A stretch of 64,000 nt of DNA, from the NCBI GenBank assembly GCA_036229005.1, contig JAZAMN010000043.1, forward strand, positions 74,569 to 138,568. Direction: 5' to 3'. Within the stretch, counting starts at the first letter, position 1; the number at the start of each line of letters is the position of its first letter. Positions 27,205 through 36,332 of this stretch are shown here, piece by piece. The DNA is from Myxococcota bacterium. GTDB lineage: Bacteria; Myxococcota_A; UBA796; CAJQPC01. A program made the translations under genes and the position numbers. The notes beneath the pieces are model-generated. The model was not told where the DNA came from. It searched no databases and worked only from the letters and a program-made list of their open reading frames with translations.

Positions 27205-28622
27205 CGATGTTCCACCTTCTCGCCGCACTCGCCTGCACCCCCGACGAGGTCCCCGACAGCGACCCACCCCCGGTGGACGACACGGGGCAGCCCCTCACAG
27301 ACGAGCACCCCATCGTGTTCATCGAGGGGGAGACCCTGGTGTTCGCCCAGGACCAGTCCGTGCAGGTCTCGGGCACCGCGACCGACCGCCAGACGCCCGA
27401 CGAGCTCACGGTGGAGTGGTGGTCCGACGTGGACGGCCTGCTGGCCACCAGCACCGCCAAGAACGGGCTGGTCAGCCTGCGCGCGCCCGAGATGAGCCTG
27501 GGCTGGCACACCCTGACCCTCAAGGCCATCGACCCCGACGGCCTGGAGGCCACCACCAGCGCGCAGCTCAAGCGCAACCAGCGGCCTCTGGAGCCCGAGT
27601 TCCAGGTGCTCCCCGCCGAGCCCACCGACAGCGAGGCCCTGAGCGTCGAGCTGCTCTCCGAGGGCGTGGACCCCGACGGGGACGCGCTCACCCCCGGCTA
27701 CCGCTGGTACCGCGACGGCGAGCTGAGCGCCTACCAGACCGCCACCGTGCCGGCCTCCGCGCTGAGCGGCGGCGAGATCTGGGAGGTCGAGGTCTTCTTT
27801 GAGGACGGGATCGAAGAGGGAGAGGTGGGGGTCGCCAAGGTCCAGATCGAGAACCACCTCCCGGGCACCCCGGGGGTCGCGATGTCGCCGGAGCGCATCG
27901 CAGCGGGGGTGGAGCCGGCCGTCTGCGAGGTCACCAAGGCCGCCACCGACGTGGACGGTCAGGAGCTGAGCTACTGGACCGTGTGGGTGGGCGATGGCCT
28001 GAGCTACCCCGACGACTTCAAGGACGCCCTGGGCGCCACCGACACCGTGTGGCCCGGGGACACCCTCCCGGCAGCCGACACCGACCTGGCCGAGACCTGG
28101 ACCTGCTCGATGCAGGCCGACGATGGCTGGGATCTGGGGCCCGCGGGCAGCGCGTTCGGCACCGCGGTGGAGCCCACGGCGCTGGGCATGACCACCCTGC
28201 AGAAGGGCCAGAAGGTCGAGGCCGGGCGGGTGATGATGGTCCCCGTGACCGTCTACAAGGACGCAACCCTGGTGGCGCTGGTGCTCTACACCAGCAGCGC
28301 GAACGGCGAGCTCAAGATGGCCCTCTATTCGGACACCAACGACGGCCCCCGCGAGCTGCTGACCACCACCGACACCGTGACCCTGGTCGAAGGCGAGAAC
28401 ATCCTGCTCACCCAGGAGCAGCTCGAGCTGGAGCCGGGGGAGACCTACTGGGTGGCCTTCACCCACTCCGACACGGAGACCCTGCACTACCGCTCGGACT
28501 CCAAGCAGAAGTCGGTGTATTACCCCCTCAAGTACGGAAAGCCCTGGCCTTCCAGCTTCACGTCCAGCGGGCTCTACGAGCTGGACGGTTACCGATTCAA
28601 CACTTGGATGCTCGTAAAGTGA
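27201..28622 (+). CDS. Putative lipoprotein with Ig-like/beta-rich domains
   Basis: Lipobox LLAALAC; D.DGD.L...Y.W repeats; G.HTLTL.A.D.DG. Confidence 0.7.
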   Translation: MTMFHLLAALACTPDEVPDSDPPPVDDTGQPLTDEHPIVFIEGETLVFAQDQSVQVSGTATDRQTPDELTVEWWSDVDGLLATSTAKNGLVSLRAPEMSLGWHTLTLKAIDPDGLEATTSAQLKRNQRPLEPEFQVLPAEPTDSEALSVELLSEGVDPDGDALTPGYRWYRDGELSAYQTATVPASALSGGEIWEVEVFFEDGIEEGEVGVAKVQIENHLPGTPGVAMSPERIAAGVEPAVCEVTKAATDVDGQELSYWTVWVGDGLSYPDDFKDALGATDTVWPGDTLPAADTDLAETWTCSMQADDGWDLGPAGSAFGTAVEPTALGMTTLQKGQKVEAGRVMMVPVTVYKDATLVALVLYTSSANGELKMALYSDTNDGPRELLTTTDTVTLVEGENILLTQEQLELEPGETYWVAFTHSDTETLHYRSDSKQKSVYYPLKYGKPWPSSFTSSGLYELDGYRFNTWMLVK

Positions 28623-29737
28623 CTGACCCCTTGTCCATCCTGGAGCCCGCGGCCACGCGGGTGCGTGACCCCCTGTCCAACCGCAGCGTGTACCTGGCGG
28701 GCATGATCCAGAAGCCCGCCTACGCCGGCAACAAGCTGAGCTTCGAGCTGCACTTCCAGAAGGAGCACAGCCGCGAGGACCGCAAGCTGATCACCGAGTC
28801 CCTCAAGTCCAACATCCAGGGGCAGGGCTTTGACGGCGAGCTGGAGATCTCCATGATGGTCGCGGGCGTGCGCCGCGGCGGCGGTCAGGCCAAGCTCAAG
28901 ATGGGCGGGGACCAGGCCCCCAAGAAGGACCCCGTGCGCGGCATGAGCGGCCCCGGCATGCAGGCCCACGGTGGCCCCGTCACCCTCCAGCCCCTCCAGG
29001 GCGTCAAGCACATCATCGCCGTGGCCAGCGGCAAGGGCGGCGTGGGCAAGTCCACCGTCTCCACCAACCTGGCCGTGGCCCTGGCCGACATGGGCTACCT
29101 GGTGGGCATCCTGGACGCCGACATCTACGGCCCCAGCGTGCCCCTGATGCTGCAGGTCAACGGCCGCCCCGTGGCCGGCCCCGGCAAGAAGATCCTGCCC
29201 CTGATGGCCTACGGCACCAAGGTCATGTCCATCGGCTTCATGGTCGACGAGACCGAGCCCATCATCTGGCGCGGCCCCATGGTCATGGGCGTCATCCGCC
29301 AGTTCCTGCAGGACGTGGCCTGGGCCCCCCTGGACTACCTGATCGTCGACCTGCCCCCGGGCACCGGCGACACCCAGCTCACCATGGTCCAGAACGTCCC
29401 CATCTCGGCCTCCATCATCGTGACCACCCCGCAAGAGGTCGCCCTGCTGGACGCGCGCCGCGGCGTCGAGATGTTCCGCAAGCTCAACGTGCCGGTCATG
29501 GGCGTCATCGAGAACATGTCCTACCTGGAGGCCGGCGGACAGCGCGTCTACCCCTTCGGGCAGGGCGGCGGTGAGCGCCTGGCCAAGGAGCTGGACGTCC
29601 CCTTGCTGGGGCAGGTCCCCCTCAACCCCGAGATCGCCAAGCGCGGTGACGACGGCAGCCCAGCCGCTCTGGCCGGTGAGATCGGCGCGCCCTTCAAGGC
29701 CCTCGCGGAGGCGGTCGCCGACCAGGTCTCCATCTGA
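28619..29737 (+). CDS. mrp: Mrp/ApbC/NBP35 Fe-S cluster carrier ATPase
   Basis: VASGKGGVGKST; DADIYGPS; WRGPM; DLPPGTGD; VTTPQ; ENMSY. GTGA overlap with the upstream stop. Confidence 0.93.
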   Translation: MTDPLSILEPAATRVRDPLSNRSVYLAGMIQKPAYAGNKLSFELHFQKEHSREDRKLITESLKSNIQGQGFDGELEISMMVAGVRRGGGQAKLKMGGDQAPKKDPVRGMSGPGMQAHGGPVTLQPLQGVKHIIAVASGKGGVGKSTVSTNLAVALADMGYLVGILDADIYGPSVPLMLQVNGRPVAGPGKKILPLMAYGTKVMSIGFMVDETEPIIWRGPMVMGVIRQFLQDVAWAPLDYLIVDLPPGTGDTQLTMVQNVPISASIIVTTPQEVALLDARRGVEMFRKLNVPVMGVIENMSYLEAGGQRVYPFGQGGGERLAKELDVPLLGQVPLNPEIAKRGDDGSPAALAGEIGAPFKALAEAVADQVSI

Positions 29738-30723
29738 TGGCGCCTCTGGTGGACCGCTTCGGTCGCCAGCACACCTACCTGCGTGTGTCGGTGACCGACC
29801 GCTGCAACTACCGCTGCGTCTACTGCATGCCCCACGAGGGCCTGGACTGGATGGACCGCGACGAGCTCCTCACCTATGAGGAGATCGCTCGCCTGGTCCG
29901 CGTGTTCGCCTCCATGGGCGTGCGCAGCGTGCGGCTGACCGGCGGCGAGCCCATGCTGCGCCGGAACATCGAGTTCCTCATCTCCGAGCTCGGCGCCATC
30001 GACGGCATCGAAGACCTGGCCATGACCACCAACGGCCACCGCCTCGCCCAGCTCGCGCCTCTGCTCAAGGAGTCTGGGCTCACGCGCCTCAACGTCAGCC
30101 TGGACAGCCTTCAGCCCGAGCGCTTCGCGGCCCTCACCCGCGGCGGCAAGCTGGACAAGGTGCTCGCGGGCCTGGAGGCCTGCCGCCAGGTCGGCCTGGG
30201 CCCCATCAAGATCAACTGCGTGATCCTGGAGGACGAGAACGACGACGAGCTCTACGACCTGGTCGAGTTCTTTGGCCGCCATCCCGACCACTACGAGCTG
30301 CGCTTCATCGAGTACATGCCCTTCGAGGCCCGCTGGCACCTCTCCGTGCGCAGCGCCGACCTGCGCAAGCGCCTGAGCGCCGTCTACACCCTGGAGCCCC
30401 AGGAGCAGACCCGCGTCGGCCGGGGCCCCGCCCGCATGTGGCGCGTCGCCGAGAGCGGCCTCAAGGTGGGCTTCATCTCGCCGCTCTCCAAGAAGTTCTG
30501 CGGCGACTGCAACCGCCTGCGCCTGATGGCCAACGGGCACCTGCGCACCTGCCTGAGCGACGACGGCACCCCCAGCCTGCGCGACATCCTGCGCGGCGGA
30601 GCCAGCGACCCGGAGCTGGAGTCCACCATCCGGGCCATGGTCCTGAACAAGATCGAGGGCCACAACGCCTTGATCCAGGGCGGCACCCCCTTCGAGGGCG
30701 TCATGACCCGCGTGGGCGGCTGA
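29737..30723 (+). CDS. moaA: GTP 3',8-cyclase (radical SAM)
   Basis: YLRVSVTDRCNYRCVYCM; LTGGEP; FCGDCNRLR; C-terminal GG. Confidence 0.97.
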   Translation: MAPLVDRFGRQHTYLRVSVTDRCNYRCVYCMPHEGLDWMDRDELLTYEEIARLVRVFASMGVRSVRLTGGEPMLRRNIEFLISELGAIDGIEDLAMTTNGHRLAQLAPLLKESGLTRLNVSLDSLQPERFAALTRGGKLDKVLAGLEACRQVGLGPIKINCVILEDENDDELYDLVEFFGRHPDHYELRFIEYMPFEARWHLSVRSADLRKRLSAVYTLEPQEQTRVGRGPARMWRVAESGLKVGFISPLSKKFCGDCNRLRLMANGHLRTCLSDDGTPSLRDILRGGASDPELESTIRAMVLNKIEGHNALIQGGTPFEGVMTRVGG

Positions 30724-31681
30724 GTGGCGCGCCGCGATGGGGTCAAGGAGGCCCTGGACCAGCTCCGGCCTCTCCGGGGTCAGGTCGAGGGGGGTGAAGA
30801 TCTGCTGCGCAAGCACCTGGCCCACCGCTCGGGCCACGTGGTGGGCGCGGCCGCCGACATCATCCGCGAGCGCGAGGACATCGGCTTCGAGTCCGCTGCG
30901 CGCCGCCTTCCGGCGCCTGAACGCCAAGGGCGCCAAGCTGGACCCCGGGTGCACCGGCCAGCTCGCCTGCGTTCAGGCCCTCGATGTCCTCGGCTGCGCC
31001 GACGAGTCCCTGTTCATGAAGGCCGTGTCCACCATCCAGCGTGAGCCCGCGTGGGGCGGTGCGCAAGACACGGCCGCGGGCCTCCGATCCCAGGCGGTGT
31101 GGAGCCTGACCCGGCTGGGGCCCAGCGACCTCCTCATCCTCCTCTCCCAGGCGCTGCTGGACGAGAGCGAGCGCGTGCAGGAAGAGGCCGCCCGCTGCAT
31201 CGGCATCTACGGCCACCCCCACGGCCTGGCCCTGCTTCACCTGGCCCTGGGACACCCCAAGCGACCGCCCCGGGGCCTCTCACCCGGCCTGGCCTTCTCG
31301 GCGCTGCGCAGCATGCTCGCCCTGGACGCCGCCGCCGGACTGGACTGGGCGCGGCAGGCCCTGCAGATCGAGCACCCGCTGCTCCCCGAGCTCCTCCTGG
31401 CCATCGGGGAGAGCCGGGAGGAGGAGGGGCTCTCGCTGCTGCAGCACGCCTTGGCCCACCACCACGCGCCCGCCGCCCTCACGGCCGCCGGCCTGCTCCG
31501 CTCCGAGGCCGCCCGCGACTGGCTGCTGGACCTGCTCGCCAGCGAGGACAGGCCGGTCGCAAAGCCCGCTCTGGAGGCCCTCAAGGTCTATGCCTTCCAG
31601 GGGGACACCCTGGCCAACGCGCGCCGGGCGGCCGCGCGGAATCCCTACTGGGAGGCGGATGTGGACGGGGTGTTGGGGTAG
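30724..31681 (+). pseudogene. HEAT-repeat protein split by a frameshift near 30890 (pseudogene or sequence error)
   Basis: Frame of 30724 gives a sensible MARRDGVKEAL...DIGFE. The +1 frame continues PLRAAFRRL...DPGC...EPAWGG..DTA..LR into helical repeats up to 31681. Confidence 0.7.
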
Positions 31682-31693
31682 GCTGGGGCGCAC

Positions 31694-32572
31694 GTGGAGG
31701 GACAGATGGGGGGCTTGGGTCTGATGCTGCTGGTGGCCTGCGGGGCGCCCCCGCCCCAGACCTGCGTGGCGGTCACGCCCCACGACGGCGCCGGCCAGGT
31801 GCGCCTGGAGCACGACGACGGGGTGATGGTGCTCGCGCTGGAGACGGGGGCGGAGAACCTCAAGGTCTTTGACCACGGGGCGCCCTGGCTGGAGGATCAC
31901 TGGACCGGCCGCGAGAAGCGCTACAGCCTGTGGGGGAGCAGCGTTCGGCGGCTGCGGCGGCAGCGGCGCCTGCGCTTTGGGTGGGGGCGGGGGGCGCTCG
32001 TGGTGGACCCCTGGCGGCAGCTCGAAGCGCCGGTTCACGAGCTGGACTCCGCCTGGGGCGGACTGGTCGACGCCTGGGGTGGCAAGGACTTCTTCTTTGC
32101 CCTGGGCGACCAGGTCACCTACCAAGGCGGGCAGCTCTGCGGAGAGCGGCGCGGACACTGCCACGCGCCCTTGGCGGACAAGGCGCTGGTGTCGCTGCGG
32201 GATCCCCAGGGAGAGACCCTGCGCTTGATGGTGGACTCGGCCTTCCACCACAGCCGCCTCTGGGGGCGCGGCGAGCAGCCGGTGCGCCTGCAGCTCGTGG
32301 ACGGCAGCCTGGGCAGCCTCTGGGCCTGGCCCTACCCGAGCAGCAGCAAGAGCGACCGCTCCGGAACGGGGACCCTGGGCGAGCAGTCGCCCGACGGGGT
32401 GCTGGGGTGGGCGGACCTGCAGGACAGCGCGTGGAGCTGGGACCTGTGCACCGCCGAGTTCGTGTTCACCCAGGGACCGAGCGCGGCCGACAGCGCCCCG
32501 GCGCTCAGCGCCCACACCCTCCGGCGCAACGGCCACAACGCCAGGCTGCGGCAGCAGGACCGGGCGGAGTAG
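31694..32572 (+). CDS. Hypothetical lipoprotein
   Basis: Lipobox LMLLVAC; host codon bias; start uncertain. Confidence 0.55.
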   Translation: MEGQMGGLGLMLLVACGAPPPQTCVAVTPHDGAGQVRLEHDDGVMVLALETGAENLKVFDHGAPWLEDHWTGREKRYSLWGSSVRRLRRQRRLRFGWGRGALVVDPWRQLEAPVHELDSAWGGLVDAWGGKDFFFALGDQVTYQGGQLCGERRGHCHAPLADKALVSLRDPQGETLRLMVDSAFHHSRLWGRGEQPVRLQLVDGSLGSLWAWPYPSSSKSDRSGTGTLGEQSPDGVLGWADLQDSAWSWDLCTAEFVFTQGPSAADSAPALSAHTLRRNGHNARLRQQDRAE

Positions 32573-32581
32573 AGTGCGGCC

Positions 32582-33436
32582 ATGTTCCTGCTTCAGCTTG
32601 TCCTCGCCTGCACCCACACTCCAAAGATCTCGCAAGAGGACGCCTCGTACCTGGCGTTTCACTCCTGCAACCTGACGGTGCCCACCAGCCTCTTGCCCCC
32701 TGAGCTGGAGCTCGCGCCCGTCAAGGGCGGCTGGGACCGGCCGGCGGAGTTCTCGCCCCTGGTGGCGGTGGGGAAGGACGGGATTTGGCTGGATGGGGAG
32801 CGGATGGACAACGCGGAGCAACTGCGCTCTCACCTCATCGACCGGGGGGAGCGCGGAGCGGGTGGAATGACTCTGGGCGCCGGCGAGGCACCCGGTGGTC
32901 AGCGCGTGCTCCTGGCCATCGACCGAGGCCTGACCCTGATGGAGGTGGGGCCTGTGCTCACTGCCCTCCGCAGCGTCGGGCGCACCGACTGGGAGCTCTT
33001 GGCCGCCCACGCGGACCCGCTGCCGCCGCCCGAGCTCCCCCATCCGGAGCTGGGCGCGCGGGTCCAGGCCGAGATCGCCGCCACCCCCAGCGAGCGGTCC
33101 GCCATCCTGGCCCGGGAGCTGGAGCCTCTGGCCGTGCGCTGCGGGGCCCTGACCGATGCCCTGAGCGCTGCCCAGATGGCCCCCGCCGAGGCCCAGTGTC
33201 GTGTGCTGCTCGCCCAGGACTACACCAAGCGCTGCAAGCAGGACGCCGCGGCCATCCTGACCCTGCTGCAGATCGCCGAGGGCAGCGGCCCCGCCGTCAC
33301 CCACCTGCGCGTCCACATCGCGCCCACCGGCACCCTGGTCCCCCTCAATCAGACCGCCCTGTGGTCCGAGGCCATCACCCGCCTGGCGGAGTTCGACGGG
33401 GAGACGGTGAATCCGGCGGTGTCCGCGCCGCGTTGA
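32582..33436 (+). CDS. Hypothetical lipoprotein with ExbD-like segment
   Basis: MFLLQLVLAC lipobox; V.VGKDGIWLDG and VLLAIDRGL...V..VL.AL resemble the ExbD periplasmic domain. Confidence 0.55.
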   Translation: MFLLQLVLACTHTPKISQEDASYLAFHSCNLTVPTSLLPPELELAPVKGGWDRPAEFSPLVAVGKDGIWLDGERMDNAEQLRSHLIDRGERGAGGMTLGAGEAPGGQRVLLAIDRGLTLMEVGPVLTALRSVGRTDWELLAAHADPLPPPELPHPELGARVQAEIAATPSERSAILARELEPLAVRCGALTDALSAAQMAPAEAQCRVLLAQDYTKRCKQDAAAILTLLQIAEGSGPAVTHLRVHIAPTGTLVPLNQTALWSEAITRLAEFDGETVNPAVSAPR

Positions 33437-33454
33437 GGCGGTGGCTCGCGCGCT

Positions 33455-34345
33455 CTACTCGATGCAGGTCCAGCTCTCGTTGGGAAAAGCCTGGTCCCAA
33501 TCCTGTCTCCAGGCTGGGTTCATCTCCTCGAGATCGTTGGCTTCGTTCACGCGGCGGAGGGCGGACCACGCTGCAGAGCGGAAGCGGTCTGGCCGACAGC
33601 TCTGGCCTGAGACCGTCAACAGACCCGACACGGAGAAGGCGTATGCGCCGTCAAATCGCTCGTCGCAGCCTCCGCTCTCTGGGACCAGCTCCGAGTGGTG
33701 CGTGCAGTCGACGTGGTCCCTGAAGGTCTCCACATGGGCCGGCTCATGCAGCAAGACGGAGAGCGCCTCGGTCGGGGTGGGTGAGCGCAGCCCGAGGTAG
33801 AGGGTCCCGGTGGCTCGCTCGAACCTGGCGTAGGCCGATGTGTTCTCGGTGAGGACCACCGGCTCGACATGGTTCACAAGCGAAGTCAGGTAGTTGTAGT
33901 TGGTGGCGCGAAGGGACTGCAGATCGGTCTCGAAAGCCGCCTGTTCCACCACTTCAAGGTACGCGTCTGCGATGAGTGGTGAAGGCTCCAAGGCGTCTAC
34001 CCGGCCCAGGTCGTAGAGGAGCAGCAGGCGCAGGCCCGCCAGGAGCATGCCCAACCTTTGACTTGTGTAGCCGCGTCCCGCGCTGTTCACGCTCTCGTAG
34101 GGGTCCAGCTCGTCCATGGCGACGAAGGCGTCCATGTCGATCCCCAGGTCCACGCTGATGTGGTCCAGGCAGTCCTCGGAGGGGAAGGCGGGGCGGTCCC
34201 CTGTGGGGTACCAGATCGCGCCCGGGGTCTCCGCGTCGATCGCTGCGGTGTAGTCGTCCCAGTGACACACCGCCTCCATGGCGGTGTATTGGTCGGTGTA
34301 GGTTGGCGCGCAGCCGGTCCCCAGCAGCAGCAGAATGGTGGTCAT
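33455..34345 (-). CDS. HExxH zinc-metallopeptidase-like lipoprotein, copy A
   Basis: MTTILLLLGTGC lipobox; LLHEPAH-x6-H-x2-C...GCDE; paralogue of the next two genes. Confidence 0.8.
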   Translation of the reverse strand: MTTILLLLGTGCAPTYTDQYTAMEAVCHWDDYTAAIDAETPGAIWYPTGDRPAFPSEDCLDHISVDLGIDMDAFVAMDELDPYESVNSAGRGYTSQRLGMLLAGLRLLLLYDLGRVDALEPSPLIADAYLEVVEQAAFETDLQSLRATNYNYLTSLVNHVEPVVLTENTSAYARFERATGTLYLGLRSPTPTEALSVLLHEPAHVETFRDHVDCTHHSELVPESGGCDERFDGAYAFSVSGLLTVSGQSCRPDRFRSAAWSALRRVNEANDLEEMNPAWRQDWDQAFPNESWTCIE

Positions 34346-35250
34346 GTGGGGTGCGTCGGCTGGCAGCTCGGAACACCCTCCAAGAACACAGCATCCAGGT
34401 CCGCCTCCCACTCGGGGAGCATGGTTTCGGGCCCGTTGGCCTCGTTGACTTGGCGCAGGTTGCTCCAGCCTGCTTCCCGCCAGACCTCGGGCTGACATGC
34501 GGCGCTGAGGGTCACAGCCATGGCTGAGATCGAAAAGCCGATGCTCCCTCCCTCGTAGGTCTCATCACATCCAAGGGGGTGGTCTGACGTGTAGGCGCTC
34601 TCGTGGCCGCACGCTGTGTGGCTGGCAGTGGGCTCGCTGTGGCGGGCTTCGTGCATCAGCAGCGCAGCATTCAGGCCTTGCCCTTGGTTCGGGGCCCAGA
34701 GCGTGAGGCGCATGAGGTCCCGGTTGTAGTCGGCCTGCAGATCGGCGTCTTCTTCCAGAGGAACCGGGCGGGTGTACTGGATCCAGGACGTCAGGTAGTT
34801 GTAGTGCGCCGCTCTGGCCTGGGAGAGGTCGGTATCGCGCACGACCTCCAGCATGGCGTCCGTGTACTGCCCGGAGACGAGCAGCCCCCCGGCGTGGTCT
34901 TGGACGTCGCCGTATTCCCGGGTGAGCAGTGCGCGCAGCCCAGCCAGCATCCCGCCCAACCGCGTGTACTGGTAGCTCCGACCCGTCTCATTCACCCCCT
35001 GGTACACATCGACCCCATCCGCGGCGATGAAGGCATCCACGTCCGTCCCGAGGTCCGCCAGCAGGTGGTCGACGCACTCCTCGGACGGGAAGGCGGCGTA
35101 GTCCATGGTGGGGTACCAGACCGCCCAGGGGGCCTCCGCGTCGATCTCCGCGGTGTAGTCGTCCCAGTGACAGACCGCCTCCATGGCGGTGTATTGGTCG
35201 GTGTAGGTGGGCGCGCAGCCGGTCCCCAGCAGCAGCAGAGCGGTGGTCAT
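34342..35250 (-). CDS. HExxH zinc-metallopeptidase-like lipoprotein, copy B
   Basis: MTTALLLLGTGC; LMHEARH-x6-H-x2-C...GCDE. Confidence 0.8.
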   Translation of the reverse strand: MTTALLLLGTGCAPTYTDQYTAMEAVCHWDDYTAEIDAEAPWAVWYPTMDYAAFPSEECVDHLLADLGTDVDAFIAADGVDVYQGVNETGRSYQYTRLGGMLAGLRALLTREYGDVQDHAGGLLVSGQYTDAMLEVVRDTDLSQARAAHYNYLTSWIQYTRPVPLEEDADLQADYNRDLMRLTLWAPNQGQGLNAALLMHEARHSEPTASHTACGHESAYTSDHPLGCDETYEGGSIGFSISAMAVTLSAACQPEVWREAGWSNLRQVNEANGPETMLPEWEADLDAVFLEGVPSCQPTHPT

Positions 35251-36229
35251 TTGAGGGGAGGGTACATTGGAAGCACGGCCTCTGGTTGGTGATCTGTGAG
35301 GTGTGGGTACGCCTGCTGCTCAGAGCGTCTCAGCCGTCCCCGCAGTCAATGAACTCGTCCGGAAAGACGATGTCCAAGCCTTCGAGGGCCTGTGGGGTCA
35401 ACCCGTCCTTCGCGCTGTGGTTGTTCACCATTCTCAGGGCAAGCCAGGCGGCGTAGCGGAACTCGTTGGAGTGGCAGCTTGAGCGAACAAGCACCTCAAG
35501 TCCGGCGACGGAGAAGCCAAAGGCGCCCTCCAGATCTTCGTCGCAGTAGTTCCCCGCTGGGTCCGGAGTGTAGGCGGTGGGGTGCGTGCAGGGGACGTGA
35601 TTCGCTTCCTCTGCGCTGTGGATTGGTTCATGCAGCAAGATGCCTGCGGCCCTTGCTGGCCTCTCCGAGGCCGTCGCCCAGACCAGTGTCTGTGTGCCGC
35701 GCTCGTATTTCGCTTCGAAGGGCACATCTCCGTCCACTCGGGGTGGAATGGTCTCCCAGACCATGGAGGTCAGGTAGTTGTAGTGCGCAGCTCTGGCCTC
35801 GGGCTGATCCGTGTCCCTCGAGACCTCCCGCATGGTTGCCAAGTAGGTCTCCGAGAGAAACTGGCCCTCCGTGTGCTCGTCGACCTCCCCGTAGTCGGCC
35901 AGGACAAGTGCGCGTACTCCCGAGAGCAAGCCGCCCAGGCGTGTGTACCGGTAGGTGCCTCCCGTCTCATTCACCCCCTGGTACACATCGACCCCATCCG
36001 CCGCGATGAAAGCATCCACGTCCGTGCCGAGGTCCGCCAGCAGGTGGTCGACGCACTCTTCGGAGGGAAAGGCGGCGTAGTCCATGGTGGGGTACCAGAC
36101 CGCCCAGGGGGCCTCCGCGTCGACCTCTGCGGTGTAGTCGTCCCAGTGACAGACCGCCTCCATGGCGGTGTACTGGTCGGTGTAGGTTGGCGCGCAGCCG
36201 GTCCCCAGCAGCAGCAGAATGGTCGTCAT
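34982..36229. repeat. ~270-bp direct repeat (5' ends of copies B and C: 34982-35250 and 35961-36229); shorter third copy near 34230-34345
   Basis: Direct comparison by eye shows near identity with only scattered, mostly synonymous changes. Confidence 0.9.
35330..36229 (-). CDS. HExxH zinc-metallopeptidase-like lipoprotein, copy C
   Basis: MTTILLLLGTGC; LLHEPIH-x6-H-x2-C...YCDE. Confidence 0.8.
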   Translation of the reverse strand: MTTILLLLGTGCAPTYTDQYTAMEAVCHWDDYTAEVDAEAPWAVWYPTMDYAAFPSEECVDHLLADLGTDVDAFIAADGVDVYQGVNETGGTYRYTRLGGLLSGVRALVLADYGEVDEHTEGQFLSETYLATMREVSRDTDQPEARAAHYNYLTSMVWETIPPRVDGDVPFEAKYERGTQTLVWATASERPARAAGILLHEPIHSAEEANHVPCTHPTAYTPDPAGNYCDEDLEGAFGFSVAGLEVLVRSSCHSNEFRYAAWLALRMVNNHSAKDGLTPQALEGLDIVFPDEFIDCGDG

Positions 36230-36332
36230 GTGGGGAGAGGGTACACGGGGATCGCAGAGCGTTGCAGGCGCTCTCTGCTTGACGCATCCGCCGGTCTCGG
36301 TGGATACAGGGGCACATCGACAAGGTGACCCC

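Noticed and set aside
29737..30723. RiPP-modifying radical SAM enzyme for the 66-aa peptide
   Set aside because: It has clear MoaA motifs and a Moco gene context, and lies 29 kb from the peptide gene.
33455..36229. Diversity-generating retroelement
   Set aside because: No reverse transcriptase is present, the repeats are at the 5' ends, and the differences are not adenine-specific.
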